Of a stretch of 64,000 nucleotides of DNA, positions 16,927-25,989 are shown in pieces. Position 1 is the first letter of the stretch. Every line of letters starts with the position of its first letter. The stretch lies in NCBI GenBank assembly GCA_017620015.1, contig JAFZRE010000022.1, positions 73,173 through 137,172 of the forward strand, read 5' to 3'. A program made the position numbers and the translations under genes. The DNA is from Bacteroidales bacterium. GTDB taxonomy: Bacteria; Bacteroidota; Bacteroidia; Bacteroidales; ML635J-15. Under the pieces are notes generated by a model. The model did no database searches. It worked only from the letters and a program-made list of their open reading frames with translations, and was not told the DNA's origin.

Positions 16927-19900
16927 TTACGGTGCATAAACAGGACGAACAGACAGTCCTGAACAGCGACGACTGCGGTTTACGCTACAACCACCCGAAT
17001 AGAAATAAATATTCCAAGCACTATTTGGGGGAACAGTGTAGAGCGAACTCGAATAATATTCACCATAAGAGCCGGCTCCGATTAAACTGATATTGTTATA
17101 GTAACCAGCAGCGGGCAGGAAGATAGAGTTGCCATTCTGTCCTGTAAACAAGCGTCCGTTTACACCATTCCGTGTTGTCCAAGACATCGTACAATTAGTT
17201 CTCAATTCTACCATTTCTGTATATGTAGGCATTCTCCAGCCTGCCCCCCAGTTGGCAGTGGCGGCATCATCACATGCTTCGAGAAGTGTAAGAGTATCGG
17301 AAAAACTATTATTGCCGTATCTTGAGTCGTTGCAGTACTTGGTAAGTTTTGGATCATCATCAGAAATTCCATTGGCATACATATATGCATCCCATGAATA
17401 TTCATCTTTTGGAGAAGTCTCCCCCCATGCAAAATAATCGCCGTAATCTTCTGGATTTGTTGCACCAACATTGCAAGTTGCCCACTTGGTACCACTTGGC
17501 AAAGCCAAGTCAACCCATTCATATCCGTTTAGCATACCTGTAGGCTCTCCGACATTTTCTGTTGTAAACGACATCTCTTCACCATACGCAGTGTCTACAA
17601 TATTTGTTGCGTAAGTTCTATAATAATATGTAGTAACTGGATTTAACCTAATTGTTCTTGTAAAGGCTCCCGTACTATTACCACATTGCACAATTTCCGT
17701 AAGATTATCCGCACTGGTTCCATACATAAATCCGCGTGCAGTTACAAATGCACCGCCATTAGAGATTACATTACCGGAAAAGGTTGCGCCATAGGCTGTT
17801 ATATTTGATACAGCGTTTGTGATTACAGTCGGCACAGAAATGGTAGTGCTATCATTATCATTACCGATATGACAAACAGGACGAACAGCCAATCCCCAAC
17901 TACGGCTTATAACTACCAAGGAACTATTTTCATAGTCTCCTACAAGTCCCCATGCTCCAGTAGGATTATTCGTACTGAGTGAACTTGACCAATAATATGC
18001 GACATTAGGATTTACCATATCATTTTCGTTATATGGATACACGCATGGCAAAAAAATAGAATTACCATTGGGTCCGACATACATATTGCCAGGCATTCCG
18101 TTCTGAGTAGTCCATATTACCGTACAATTAGTATTTAATTCGTCGAATTCTGTGTTTGTCGGCATACGCCAAACAGAGCCCCAGTTTGCTGTAGCGGCAT
18201 CGTCGCTTGCTTCCAAAGTGTTAAGAGCATCGGTAAAACCATTATTACCATAACTTGAATTACTGCAGTATTTCGTTAATGTATTACTACTTCTATTGCA
18301 GTAGCGATAGGTTGTCCAGTTATAAACCTGATTCTTAGTAGATAATTCGCCCCATGCATAGTGGTTGCCAGCCTCTAGGGGCAGGGTTGCTCCCAAATTG
18401 CAGGTTGCCCAAAGAGTACCAGAAGGAAGGCCAAGGTCAACATATCCATGTTCATTCATATAACCAGAAGGTAATGATGCAGGAGGGGTTGCGTCCGTTT
18501 CAAATGACCATACTTGACCATACCCAGTTCCCACACTATTTGTTGCGTATGCCTTGAAATAATAGGTAGAACCAGAAGAAAGTCCCGTTAGTTCGGCTGT
18601 ATAACTACCAGTCCCCGAACCACTTTGTATGCTATTATATAGACTATCTCGATGTGTACCATATAAAAATCCTCGCTCTGTTACCATGTCATTCCCGCCA
18701 TACGTAACATTAGCACTAATTGTTGCTGTATTATTTGTAACATTACTCAAATAACCTGTTGTTACTCTAGGAATTACCGGCTCACAGTCTGCAGAAATTG
18801 TTGCTTCCCAACCTGCTCTTGTTACACTTCCGTAGGAATGCCATACAATTGTCATTGCGCCACTATATGCAGTAACTGTTGATGGAATATTAGAACCAGT
18901 CGCATAATATATCAATCTTTGACCAGTAGCCTCATTATTATCATATACATCCATGTAATCTGAATTCCCAGTCTCAAAACTGGAGAAAGACAACGTTATA
19001 CGCCCCTCAGATGTAAATGTTGCATTCATATTTTCACCATTCGAATACCCACCATTAGATCCTCCAGAATCATAAAAGTCGAAAGCCTGCCCACATCCAA
19101 CATTTAAAACAAGACCATCAACCATAATGACAGCGCTATCAGTCGTAAAGGACAATATTTCGCCGTAAGCAGTTCCCTCAATATTGGTAGCATAGGCCTT
19201 ATAATAATAAGTAGCGCCTACTTCTAACGAGTTAATAACCGCAGAAAAAGATGTTGACATAGAACTAGAAACAACCTCATATTCAAGGCTATCTGGTGAA
19301 TGTCCATAATAAAATCCACTTGCAGTTATCTCCGCTCCACCATCATTTGTTATTAAAGCGTTAATCTTTGCAGATGTGAGAGAAATCTCTGTTGCTGCCA
19401 ATGTTTCAACACTCGGCCTTAAATAATATGTAAACTGCAATATAACTTCCTGACTTATGTATAATGCCTGAGTTATAGTTCTACTTTCAACAACATTGCC
19501 GTCAATAGTTGCATAACCTACGTATTGAATAACGTCTCCTAAAACAAATTCATGATCAGAGTACAATTTTGCAGGTAGCCCTACATATCCACTATAATTT
19601 ATACCATCATTGCCACCGCTTCCAACATTTACCATCCTTACAGAATAGGTATGTTCGCCGGCAATCGCCTTCAAGATATATGTCTGCGTTTTTGCTGCTG
19701 TAATTTCAAACTTATGCGAACCTGCATTCAGAGCGACATTCAATTCCGCGCATTGCTTTCCTGCGACATCAAAAAGTTGCAACATAACATTTTCGTCATG
19801 CGGAATTGCAAGTTCAACCGAAGTATGACAATCAAACGGATTAGGCACATTCTGTTCAAAGCCAACAGCAGACATTTCCGCATCAGATACATTTACTGTA

Positions 19901-20103
19901 GCATTTACCACAATCATAGTGTCGGGATAAACAACAGTTTCTGTCCAGCCACGTGTCGTGTTAGTAAACTTGACGCTATCCATCCGCAGATATCGAGAAT
20001 CGTTTAGCCGTCCTATAAAACGGACAGAGAAATTATCCGCCATCTGCCCCATCACTACAAAGGAAAGCATTACAAACAAGGCTACTGACAATATTCTTTT
20101 CAT
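16927..20103 (-). CDS. large secreted multidomain protein: signal peptide + N-terminal T9SS-CTD-like sandwich + Fn3-like modules + CUB-like module + two FISUMP-like (C-type-lectin-like) head domains
   Basis: ORF 16927..20199, with likely start MKRILSVALFVMLSFVVMGQ (cat at 20101-20103). FEQNVPNPFDCHTSVELAIP..VMLQLFDVAGKQ..LNAGSHKFEI..YILKA..SVRMVNVG resembles the T9SS CTD consensus. There are three Y.AYATN..GT.YGE..SFTT modules. The two heads carry VDLGLPSGT.WATCN.GA..YFAWGE..DDAATANWG..WRMPT..E..EL..C...NGNSIFLP..G...YWSSS...VRPV. Confidence 0.8.
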   Translation of the reverse strand: MKRILSVALFVMLSFVVMGQMADNFSVRFIGRLNDSRYLRMDSVKFTNTTRGWTETVVYPDTMIVVNATVNVSDAEMSAVGFEQNVPNPFDCHTSVELAIPHDENVMLQLFDVAGKQCAELNVALNAGSHKFEITAAKTQTYILKAIAGEHTYSVRMVNVGSGGNDGINYSGYVGLPAKLYSDHEFVLGDVIQYVGYATIDGNVVESRTITQALYISQEVILQFTYYLRPSVETLAATEISLTSAKINALITNDGGAEITASGFYYGHSPDSLEYEVVSSSMSTSFSAVINSLEVGATYYYKAYATNIEGTAYGEILSFTTDSAVIMVDGLVLNVGCGQAFDFYDSGGSNGGYSNGENMNATFTSEGRITLSFSSFETGNSDYMDVYDNNEATGQRLIYYATGSNIPSTVTAYSGAMTIVWHSYGSVTRAGWEATISADCEPVIPRVTTGYLSNVTNNTATISANVTYGGNDMVTERGFLYGTHRDSLYNSIQSGSGTGSYTAELTGLSSGSTYYFKAYATNSVGTGYGQVWSFETDATPPASLPSGYMNEHGYVDLGLPSGTLWATCNLGATLPLEAGNHYAWGELSTKNQVYNWTTYRYCNRSSNTLTKYCSNSSYGNNGFTDALNTLEASDDAATANWGSVWRMPTNTEFDELNTNCTVIWTTQNGMPGNMYVGPNGNSIFLPCVYPYNENDMVNPNVAYYWSSSLSTNNPTGAWGLVGDYENSSLVVISRSWGLAVRPVCHIGNDNDSTTISVPTVITNAVSNITAYGATFSGNVISNGGAFVTARGFMYGTSADNLTEIVQCGNSTGAFTRTIRLNPVTTYYYRTYATNIVDTAYGEEMSFTTENVGEPTGMLNGYEWVDLALPSGTKWATCNVGATNPEDYGDYFAWGETSPKDEYSWDAYMYANGISDDDPKLTKYCNDSRYGNNSFSDTLTLLEACDDAATANWGAGWRMPTYTEMVELRTNCTMSWTTRNGVNGRLFTGQNGNSIFLPAAGYYNNISLIGAGSYGEYYSSSLYTVPPNSAWNIYFYSGGCSVNRSRRCSGLSVRPVYAP

Positions 20104-20129
20104 GCACAAATCGTTTTTATTGTTAGACA

Positions 20130-20137
20130 CAAAAGTA
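20130..20137 (-). promoter_or_regulatory. -7 box TACTTTTG for the 1090-aa gene
   Basis: The plus strand reads caaaagta, 27 nt upstream of the ATG at 20103. Confidence 0.5.
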
Positions 20138-20202
20138 CAATATCTTGTGACAAATATAATATTTCTAAATATAAAATTACATGTAACTAGCACGAGCAAT
20201 CA

Positions 20203-21809
20203 TTATCGACATACTGGGCGTACAGGTCGTCCCCAACAGCGGATTTGTACAGTAATACCACTCGGTGTCCAGTATTCCATATCAAGAACATAATCATCAA
20301 ATATGATAGCAGTATGAGGACTGTTGCCTCCACCATTATTGCATGAGTTGAGCGTACTCGTCCAATAAGTACATTTATCATTTCCTGGCATTGTAGCTTC
20401 GACAGCGAAACCAGCAGAGGGCAGGAAAATGGAATAGCCGTTAGGTCCAGTAAACTGCAATCCTGGCACTCCGTTCAGGGTAGTATAAGCATGAGTACAA
20501 TATTCCACCAATTCCACAAATTCTTCTTTTGTCGGTGTACGCCAACCACTACCCCAATTGAAAGTAGCGGCATCATCAATAGGTTGCAAAACTGTCAAGG
20601 TGTCAACAAATCCTCCATACCCGAAATTTGTATCGCAGCAATATTTAATTCCGAACCTGCACATAAGTCATAATGTTGCCAGTTATATCTTTCTTTTGGG
20701 TACACCTCTGCCCACGCATAATAATTGCCAGATTCTTCAGGAGCAGTTGCGCCGACATTGAAGGTTGCCCACTTTGTAGCTGATGGCAGCCCAAGGTCAA
20801 CCCAGTCGTATCCGTTTAGAGTTCCTGTTGGATCGCCTACAGTTGCAGTCGTAAACGACATAACACTGCCGTAATATGTACCATCGCTATTGGTAGCGTA
20901 TGCCTTATAATAATAGGTGGTGTTAATATCCAGCGAATCTATGGTCGCAGAAAAATTCATTTCCGTAGAACTTGATTCCACTTGATTGTCAAGGGCATCC
21001 GGAGTAAGACCATAATAAAAGCCACGGTCTGTTATCTCCAAGTTTCCATCATAACTGATTAATCCATTTAGCTTTGCAGATACTCGGGTAACCTCGGTTG
21101 CCGCCAATGTTTCGACCTGAAGTATAGAATAATAGGTGAAGTGCAATATGACTTCCTGATTTATGTACAATACCTGATTTATCGTCCTGCTTTCTACAAA
21201 ATTGCCATCAATGGTTGCATAGCCTACATACTGAATGTTATCTCCCAGAACAAATTCATTTTCAGAGTACAATTTTGCAGTTATACCAGCATATCCGCTA
21301 TACTGTATGCCATCGCTACCTCCTCTACCAACATTCAGCATACGCACAGAATATGTCTTGGCTCCAGCAACTGCCTTCAAAATGTACATCTGCGGTTTCG
21401 ATGCCGATATTTCAAAGCTATGCGAACCTGCCAACAAGTTGACATTCAATTCAGAACATAGTTTTCCAAGTTCATCATAAAGTTGCAGGCAGACCTTTTC
21501 ATCCTGCGGAATGGAAAGTTCAACCATAGTATGGCAGTCGAAAGGATTCGGCACATTCTGTTCAAAACCTGCCGCCGAGATTTCCTTTTCCGGAACATTT
21601 ACCATTAAGTTGAGTACAATTACCGTATCAGGATAAATCACTGTTTCCGACCACCCACGAACCGTATTCGTCACCGTAACGCTATCAAGCCGCTGATACA
21701 TAGACCCGTTTAGCTGTCCCCTAAAACGAACAGTCAGACTTTCAATCGATTGTCCCATCATTACAAAAGACAGCAAAACAAACACTGCTACTGATAATAA
21801 TCTTTTCAT
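20203..21809 (-). pseudogene. frameshifted paralog of the 1090-aa protein (N-terminal module + one Fn3-like module + one FISUMP-like head)
   Basis: ORF 20595..21827 carries MKRLLSVAVFVLLSFVMMGQ... through ..GYDWVDLGLPSATKWATFNVGA..YYAWAEVYPKERYNWQHYDLC. ORF 20203..20664 continues the head in another frame (..GIKYCCDTNFGYGGFVDTLTVLQPIDDAATFNWGSGWRTPTKEEFVEL...GRPVRPVCR). The frame switch lies within about 20640-20665. Confidence 0.8.
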
Positions 21810-21904
21810 ATACATACAATATTTCATCTATACATTTTACATAACGCGAAAAAGTTCAAATGGTTGCCTAAAATTAACAAAAAAATAATGCCACATTACA
21901 TTTT

Positions 21905-22045
21905 TTTTCATTGTTGTCATTGTTGTCTGGCTTTATGCGCATTATAAATGCTGACACTCAAACCTTTCGGATTGCTGCCTCTGGCAGCGAGCTAAAGGTT
22001 GCCCATAGGGCGAGCTAAAGGTTGCAAATCCGAAAGAACCAAGAA
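21905..22045. repeat. mosaic palindromic intergenic repeat, copy B
   Basis: cctttcggattgctgcctctggcagcgagctaaaggttgcccatagggcgagctaaaggttgcaaatccgaaag matches the right half of copy A (16747-16820) almost unit for unit. Confidence 0.8.
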
Positions 22046-22089
22046 ACGGAAGTTAATCTAAAATCGTAAATCGTACCTCGCAAATCCCT

Positions 22090-22158
22090 TTAATCCACCT
22101 TATTCTCATCGTACCCCAACCTACCTACGAGCATCAAATTTTCGTATGAATAGTTCAC
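22090..22158 (-). pseudogene. ghost copy of the last 22 codons + stop of the KASIII-SDR gene
   Basis: 22090-22158 and 22308-22376 differ at 5 of 69 positions. Both translate to VNYSYENLMLVGRLGYDENKVD-stop. Confidence 0.85.
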
Positions 22159-22160
22159 TC

Positions 22161-22300
22161 AATGTTGTCTGGATTTGCAATCCAGACGAAGCGAATATAA
22201 GGATTTATAATCCGCCTAAGATTGTTCTGCCCCGCATTACAAATGCTAATATTCAAGCCTTTCGGATTACAAATCTGAAAAACTTACGAGAAAAAAAACG
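22161..22300. repeat. mosaic palindromic intergenic repeat, copy C (short form)
   Basis: aatgttgtctggatttgcaatccagacg..gaatataaggatttataatccgc..attcaagcctttcggatta has the same unit order as copy A but lacks the internal aacctttagctc units. Confidence 0.8.
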
Positions 22301-22307
22301 AAAATTT

Positions 22308-24122
22308 TTAGTCCACCTTGTTCTCGTCGTACCCCAACCTGCCTACGAGCATCAAATTTTCGTAGGAATAGTTCACGCCAAGCTGACGCGGAATGTAGAG
22401 CGCATTGACAATCGTTTTGGCAGCAACATCCAAATTCACAAGATTTTCCTGACGCGACTTCACCATAAACTTGAACACCGACTTTTCGGGCAACTGCGAA
22501 ACAAGACCATCGTCCATAAAGCCCAAATGCAGATAAACAGTCCTTATGCCATACTTCGAAAATTCACCGCTTGCCGATGCCAGATAGCCATGGAACGCAC
22601 GCTTCGACGATGCCCACGCATTGTAGTTCTCGTCAAAATTCAAGTCCTCCGCCCCATTTCCTACGGCAAGAATACCTCGTGAAATTTTCTCCACTATGTC
22701 ATTTATAATTTCAATGGGCGCGTACAGATTCACATCCATGCAGTTTTCGGAAGTGCTTTCGGCAAGGTTGACAAGATAGTCGAACTTGACATCCAACGAG
22801 TTAACCTCATCGATAAAACCACGCACCGAAGCCTTGTCGACCAAATTGCACTTCAGAATTTGCGCATTCAGTATATTATTCAAACTTTCTGTATTAGAAT
22901 TGCCTTGCAACCAAAGATTTGCGCCACGCGAAGCCAGCTCCTTGCTTACCGATGTTCCCAATTTGCCCGAAGCACCAAGTACAAGCACATTCTTGCCAGC
23001 AAGTTCGTTATTATGAAGCAAATAATTAGATTTTTCGGCATTAATCTTTCGGTGCAAATATGCAAATCCTCCATAATTTCCGCCAACACCGGCAGTTGCG
23101 CTCAAGATTTTTGCTCCATCGTGGAGTTTTCCTTCCTCGGCGAGCATTGCAAGTCCAAGCGGAACTGTCGAGCCAGAGACATTTCCGTAAAGGTTCTGTG
23201 CCTTCAGGAAAACCTTGTCCATCGGGAAGTTAAGTTCGGCAGCCGCTTGTTTTACAATGACATTGCCAGTCTGATGCGGAACAAAAATATCGACATCACC
23301 AATTCCCCATCCTGCTTCCGACAGACATTCGCGTGAAGCCTTCGGTATGTTCACACAAGCCCTATCCTTGATTACAGAGTCGTCCATGTAGAGATTCCAG
23401 TCATCGTCAACGCCCACATAATCAAGCATTTTCAAATCCTGATAGTTGCAAATGGACAGGATTCCGAATTTCTCGTCTGCTTGCACCCGTTCGACAATCA
23501 CGGCAGCAGCAGCGTCGCCAAAAGTTACAAAGGGGACAAATTTCGTGCGCTTGTTCAGGAACGATGACATTGTCTCGGTATGAGCCACAACTGCATACTT
23601 GGCTTCCTTGTGCAGACGGAAATACTCGATGCACTTCTGCAAGTTCTGATTGAAACCAGCGCAGCCCGACATTAGCGAAAATGCTGGCGTATAGTTCTTT
23701 GCATCGACAAAGAACGACTTTACCGAACCTGCGATTCCCGGTGCCTGCTGATGTGGCGAAACCGTACTTACAAACCACGCGTCAATATCGCCAGCCTGCA
23801 CTTTGGCATCGAGCATAGCGTTTTTCACAGCCTTTACAGCCAGTTCCAACGACGATTCGACCTGCATACGGTTCACGCGCGGCGGGAACGGACGCACATA
23901 ATGACGCTCGTAGAAGCCCATAATGTTACCTGCAAAATAGTCGAAAGGCGTATCATTGGGGTGAGTTTCGCGATATTTCTCGAATTTTGCACTACCGCTA
24001 ATCTTATCCTCGGCAAATCCCTCGAAGTAGCCTTTCTTCAGTGCATCGTAAATGTCGTTGTTGGTAATTGTGAACTTGCCAGCAGAATATCCGAATCCGG
24101 AAAATATGTAGTTCTCAAACAT
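22308..24122 (-). CDS. KASIII (FabH-like 3-oxoacyl synthase III)-SDR fusion protein, SDR catalytic Ser/Tyr replaced
   Basis: 604 aa. The thiolase-fold triad is present: SGC(154)AGF, VPH(283)QTGN, GN(314)VSGST. The C-terminal Rossmann domain has VLVLGASGKLG, but AVGNG and W(503)ASSK replace the SDR Ser and YxxxK Tyr. Confidence 0.8.
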   Translation of the reverse strand: MFENYIFSGFGYSAGKFTITNNDIYDALKKGYFEGFAEDKISGSAKFEKYRETHPNDTPFDYFAGNIMGFYERHYVRPFPPRVNRMQVESSLELAVKAVKNAMLDAKVQAGDIDAWFVSTVSPHQQAPGIAGSVKSFFVDAKNYTPAFSLMSGCAGFNQNLQKCIEYFRLHKEAKYAVVAHTETMSSFLNKRTKFVPFVTFGDAAAAVIVERVQADEKFGILSICNYQDLKMLDYVGVDDDWNLYMDDSVIKDRACVNIPKASRECLSEAGWGIGDVDIFVPHQTGNVIVKQAAAELNFPMDKVFLKAQNLYGNVSGSTVPLGLAMLAEEGKLHDGAKILSATAGVGGNYGGFAYLHRKINAEKSNYLLHNNELAGKNVLVLGASGKLGTSVSKELASRGANLWLQGNSNTESLNNILNAQILKCNLVDKASVRGFIDEVNSLDVKFDYLVNLAESTSENCMDVNLYAPIEIINDIVEKISRGILAVGNGAEDLNFDENYNAWASSKRAFHGYLASASGEFSKYGIRTVYLHLGFMDDGLVSQLPEKSVFKFMVKSRQENLVNLDVAAKTIVNALYIPRQLGVNYSYENLMLVGRLGYDENKVD

Positions 24123-24129
24123 CTTTCAA

Positions 24130-25989
24130 TCAGTAGTTTAGGTAAACATCCTTTATCACCATAAGTTTCTCCTCGAACGAAATACGCACATCGGGCACCT
24201 TGATTCTACACACAGACAGCACCATCCTTTCGGCAATCTCATCGACCTTTGTCAGAACTTTCTGGTTTACAGCCATCATCGAAGCCTGAATCTGCGATTC
24301 GTCGAGTTTCGAAACCATACCGGCACCGATAAGTCCCGGCAGATAATATATGCACTTGACGTCATTTTCGTAAACCTTTCCAGCATACGAACGGGCAAAT
24401 CCACGCAAAGCACGCTTCGACACAACATACGGAGCAGAACCAGCAAACTGAGCATCCTCGCCTACCGAACCTGTTATTAGCACTGCACGACGCACATAAT
24501 CGGACATGCTTTCGCACAAATACCTGATAGACTCGTAGTTTATACGTGCAACATCCTCAAATTCGGATATACCAACCTTTGTGGCACGAGCAAGTCCACC
24601 AGTAACAGCATGTGTATTAATCAAATAATCAACTTCGCCATACTTTTCGGCAATGCGCGACACCAATGCATCAACCTGCGACTTGTCGGACAAATCGACC
24701 TTTTCAATCGAAACAGGCACATTGCATTCGGCAGAGATTTTTTCTTTCAAGCCGTTGATTACCGCAACATTGGAATTGTATAACAATATAAGTTCTGCAC
24801 CTTTGCGAGCTGCCGAAAGTGCAATTTCGCGACCAATGCCACCAGAAGCACCAGTAAGCATCAACGTTCTGCCTTCCAATTCGCGCGACGGTGAAAATTT
24901 GAACTCGCGCGGCGGCATAATGTATGCGAAACCGCCAAATTCACCGCCAAGTCCAGCCACTGCCGTCAAAACCTTGTCGTTTGGCTTCAGCCTACCTTCC
25001 GACATAAGCACATCGAAACAAGCAGGAATAGAAGCGCCGGAAAGGTTTCCGCAATTTATCTGCACATCCTGATAAACCATAGCCTTATCAATGCCAAGGT
25101 TCTGAGCCACAGAATGTACAATTGCATTTCCTGTCTGGTGCGGGATAAATATTGCAAGGTCGTTGATAGTCCAGCCGCACTGCTCAAGCAGTTTTTGTGC
25201 AGTAAATGTAATATTCGGCACTGCACGGCTTTTCACCATACGCGGTTCCATAAAAAGGTTGCCCGAATGGTCGGCACCAAGGAAATCGAGCATTGCAATG
25301 TCCTCGTTGTTGCGAACGGCAACTATGCCGCATTTTTCTTCGGTCTCTACCCTGCTAATCACAACAGCCGCAGCCGAATCACCAAAAGTCGTAAACGGCA
25401 CGAAGTCACGTTCCTCGAGCAAAAGTTCCGACATTACCTCGGAATGAGCAACAACTATATGTTTTGCATCGGAATGTGCATTAAAATATGCCAACGCAGC
25501 CTCAATGTTTGAATTAAAGCCGACGCAAGCCGATGTGAGCGAGAACGACGGCGACTGTTTTTCCTCGGAGCAAAAGTAGGACTTCACGAACTCGGCAATT
25601 CCAGGAGCCTTCTGTGGAGCAGTTGCCGTCCCGACAAACCAAGCATCAATGTCGTTGCCTGAAAGTCCGCTTTTTGCAAGAGCCTTCTCAACTGCGCCTA
25701 CGCATAAAGTGATAGTATCATCGGCATTCTTGTACTGCGAAGCAGCGGGAGGAAACGGCACAACATGGTAGCGCGTCTTGAAGCCCATCTTTGCCTCGGC
25801 CATATAGTCAAAGGCGGTTGTGTTAGGATTTTTTGCCTTGTATGCAGCAAAATTCTCCGACTTTGCAGCCCGCGACTCGTTGAAACCGTCAAGATAGCCA
25901 AGACGAATATACTTCAGTATATCGCCATTTGTAACTTCGTACTTGCCAAGCACAAAGCCAGTTCCGGAAAATATGAAACTTTCAGCCAT
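24130..25989 (-). CDS. KASIII (FabH-like)-SDR fusion protein, both domains with intact catalytic motifs
   Basis: 619 aa with TSACVGF, IPHQTGN and GNLSGAS in the N-terminal domain. The C-terminal domain has MLTGASGGIGREIA, ITGS and YVVSKRA (YxxxK). The gene lies 7 nt upstream of its paralog, and its start overlaps the cyclophilin stop. Confidence 0.8.
   Translation of the reverse strand: MAESFIFSGTGFVLGKYEVTNGDILKYIRLGYLDGFNESRAAKSENFAAYKAKNPNTTAFDYMAEAKMGFKTRYHVVPFPPAASQYKNADDTITLCVGAVEKALAKSGLSGNDIDAWFVGTATAPQKAPGIAEFVKSYFCSEEKQSPSFSLTSACVGFNSNIEAALAYFNAHSDAKHIVVAHSEVMSELLLEERDFVPFTTFGDSAAAVVISRVETEEKCGIVAVRNNEDIAMLDFLGADHSGNLFMEPRMVKSRAVPNITFTAQKLLEQCGWTINDLAIFIPHQTGNAIVHSVAQNLGIDKAMVYQDVQINCGNLSGASIPACFDVLMSEGRLKPNDKVLTAVAGLGGEFGGFAYIMPPREFKFSPSRELEGRTLMLTGASGGIGREIALSAARKGAELILLYNSNVAVINGLKEKISAECNVPVSIEKVDLSDKSQVDALVSRIAEKYGEVDYLINTHAVTGGLARATKVGISEFEDVARINYESIRYLCESMSDYVRRAVLITGSVGEDAQFAGSAPYVVSKRALRGFARSYAGKVYENDVKCIYYLPGLIGAGMVSKLDESQIQASMMAVNQKVLTKVDEIAERMVLSVCRIKVPDVRISFEEKLMVIKDVYLNY

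Noticed and set aside
20104-20202. Invertible (phase-variable) promoter between the tandem FISUMP-family genes
   Set aside because: There are no flanking inverted repeats of the usual 15-30 nt in this 99-nt spacer, and no site-specific recombinase nearby. A fixed-orientation TACTTTTG box is present.
22146-22682. 178-aa + strand ORF spanning repeat copy C and the KASIII-SDR 3' end
   Set aside because: It begins inside a non-coding hairpin repeat and continues antisense to a well-supported gene.
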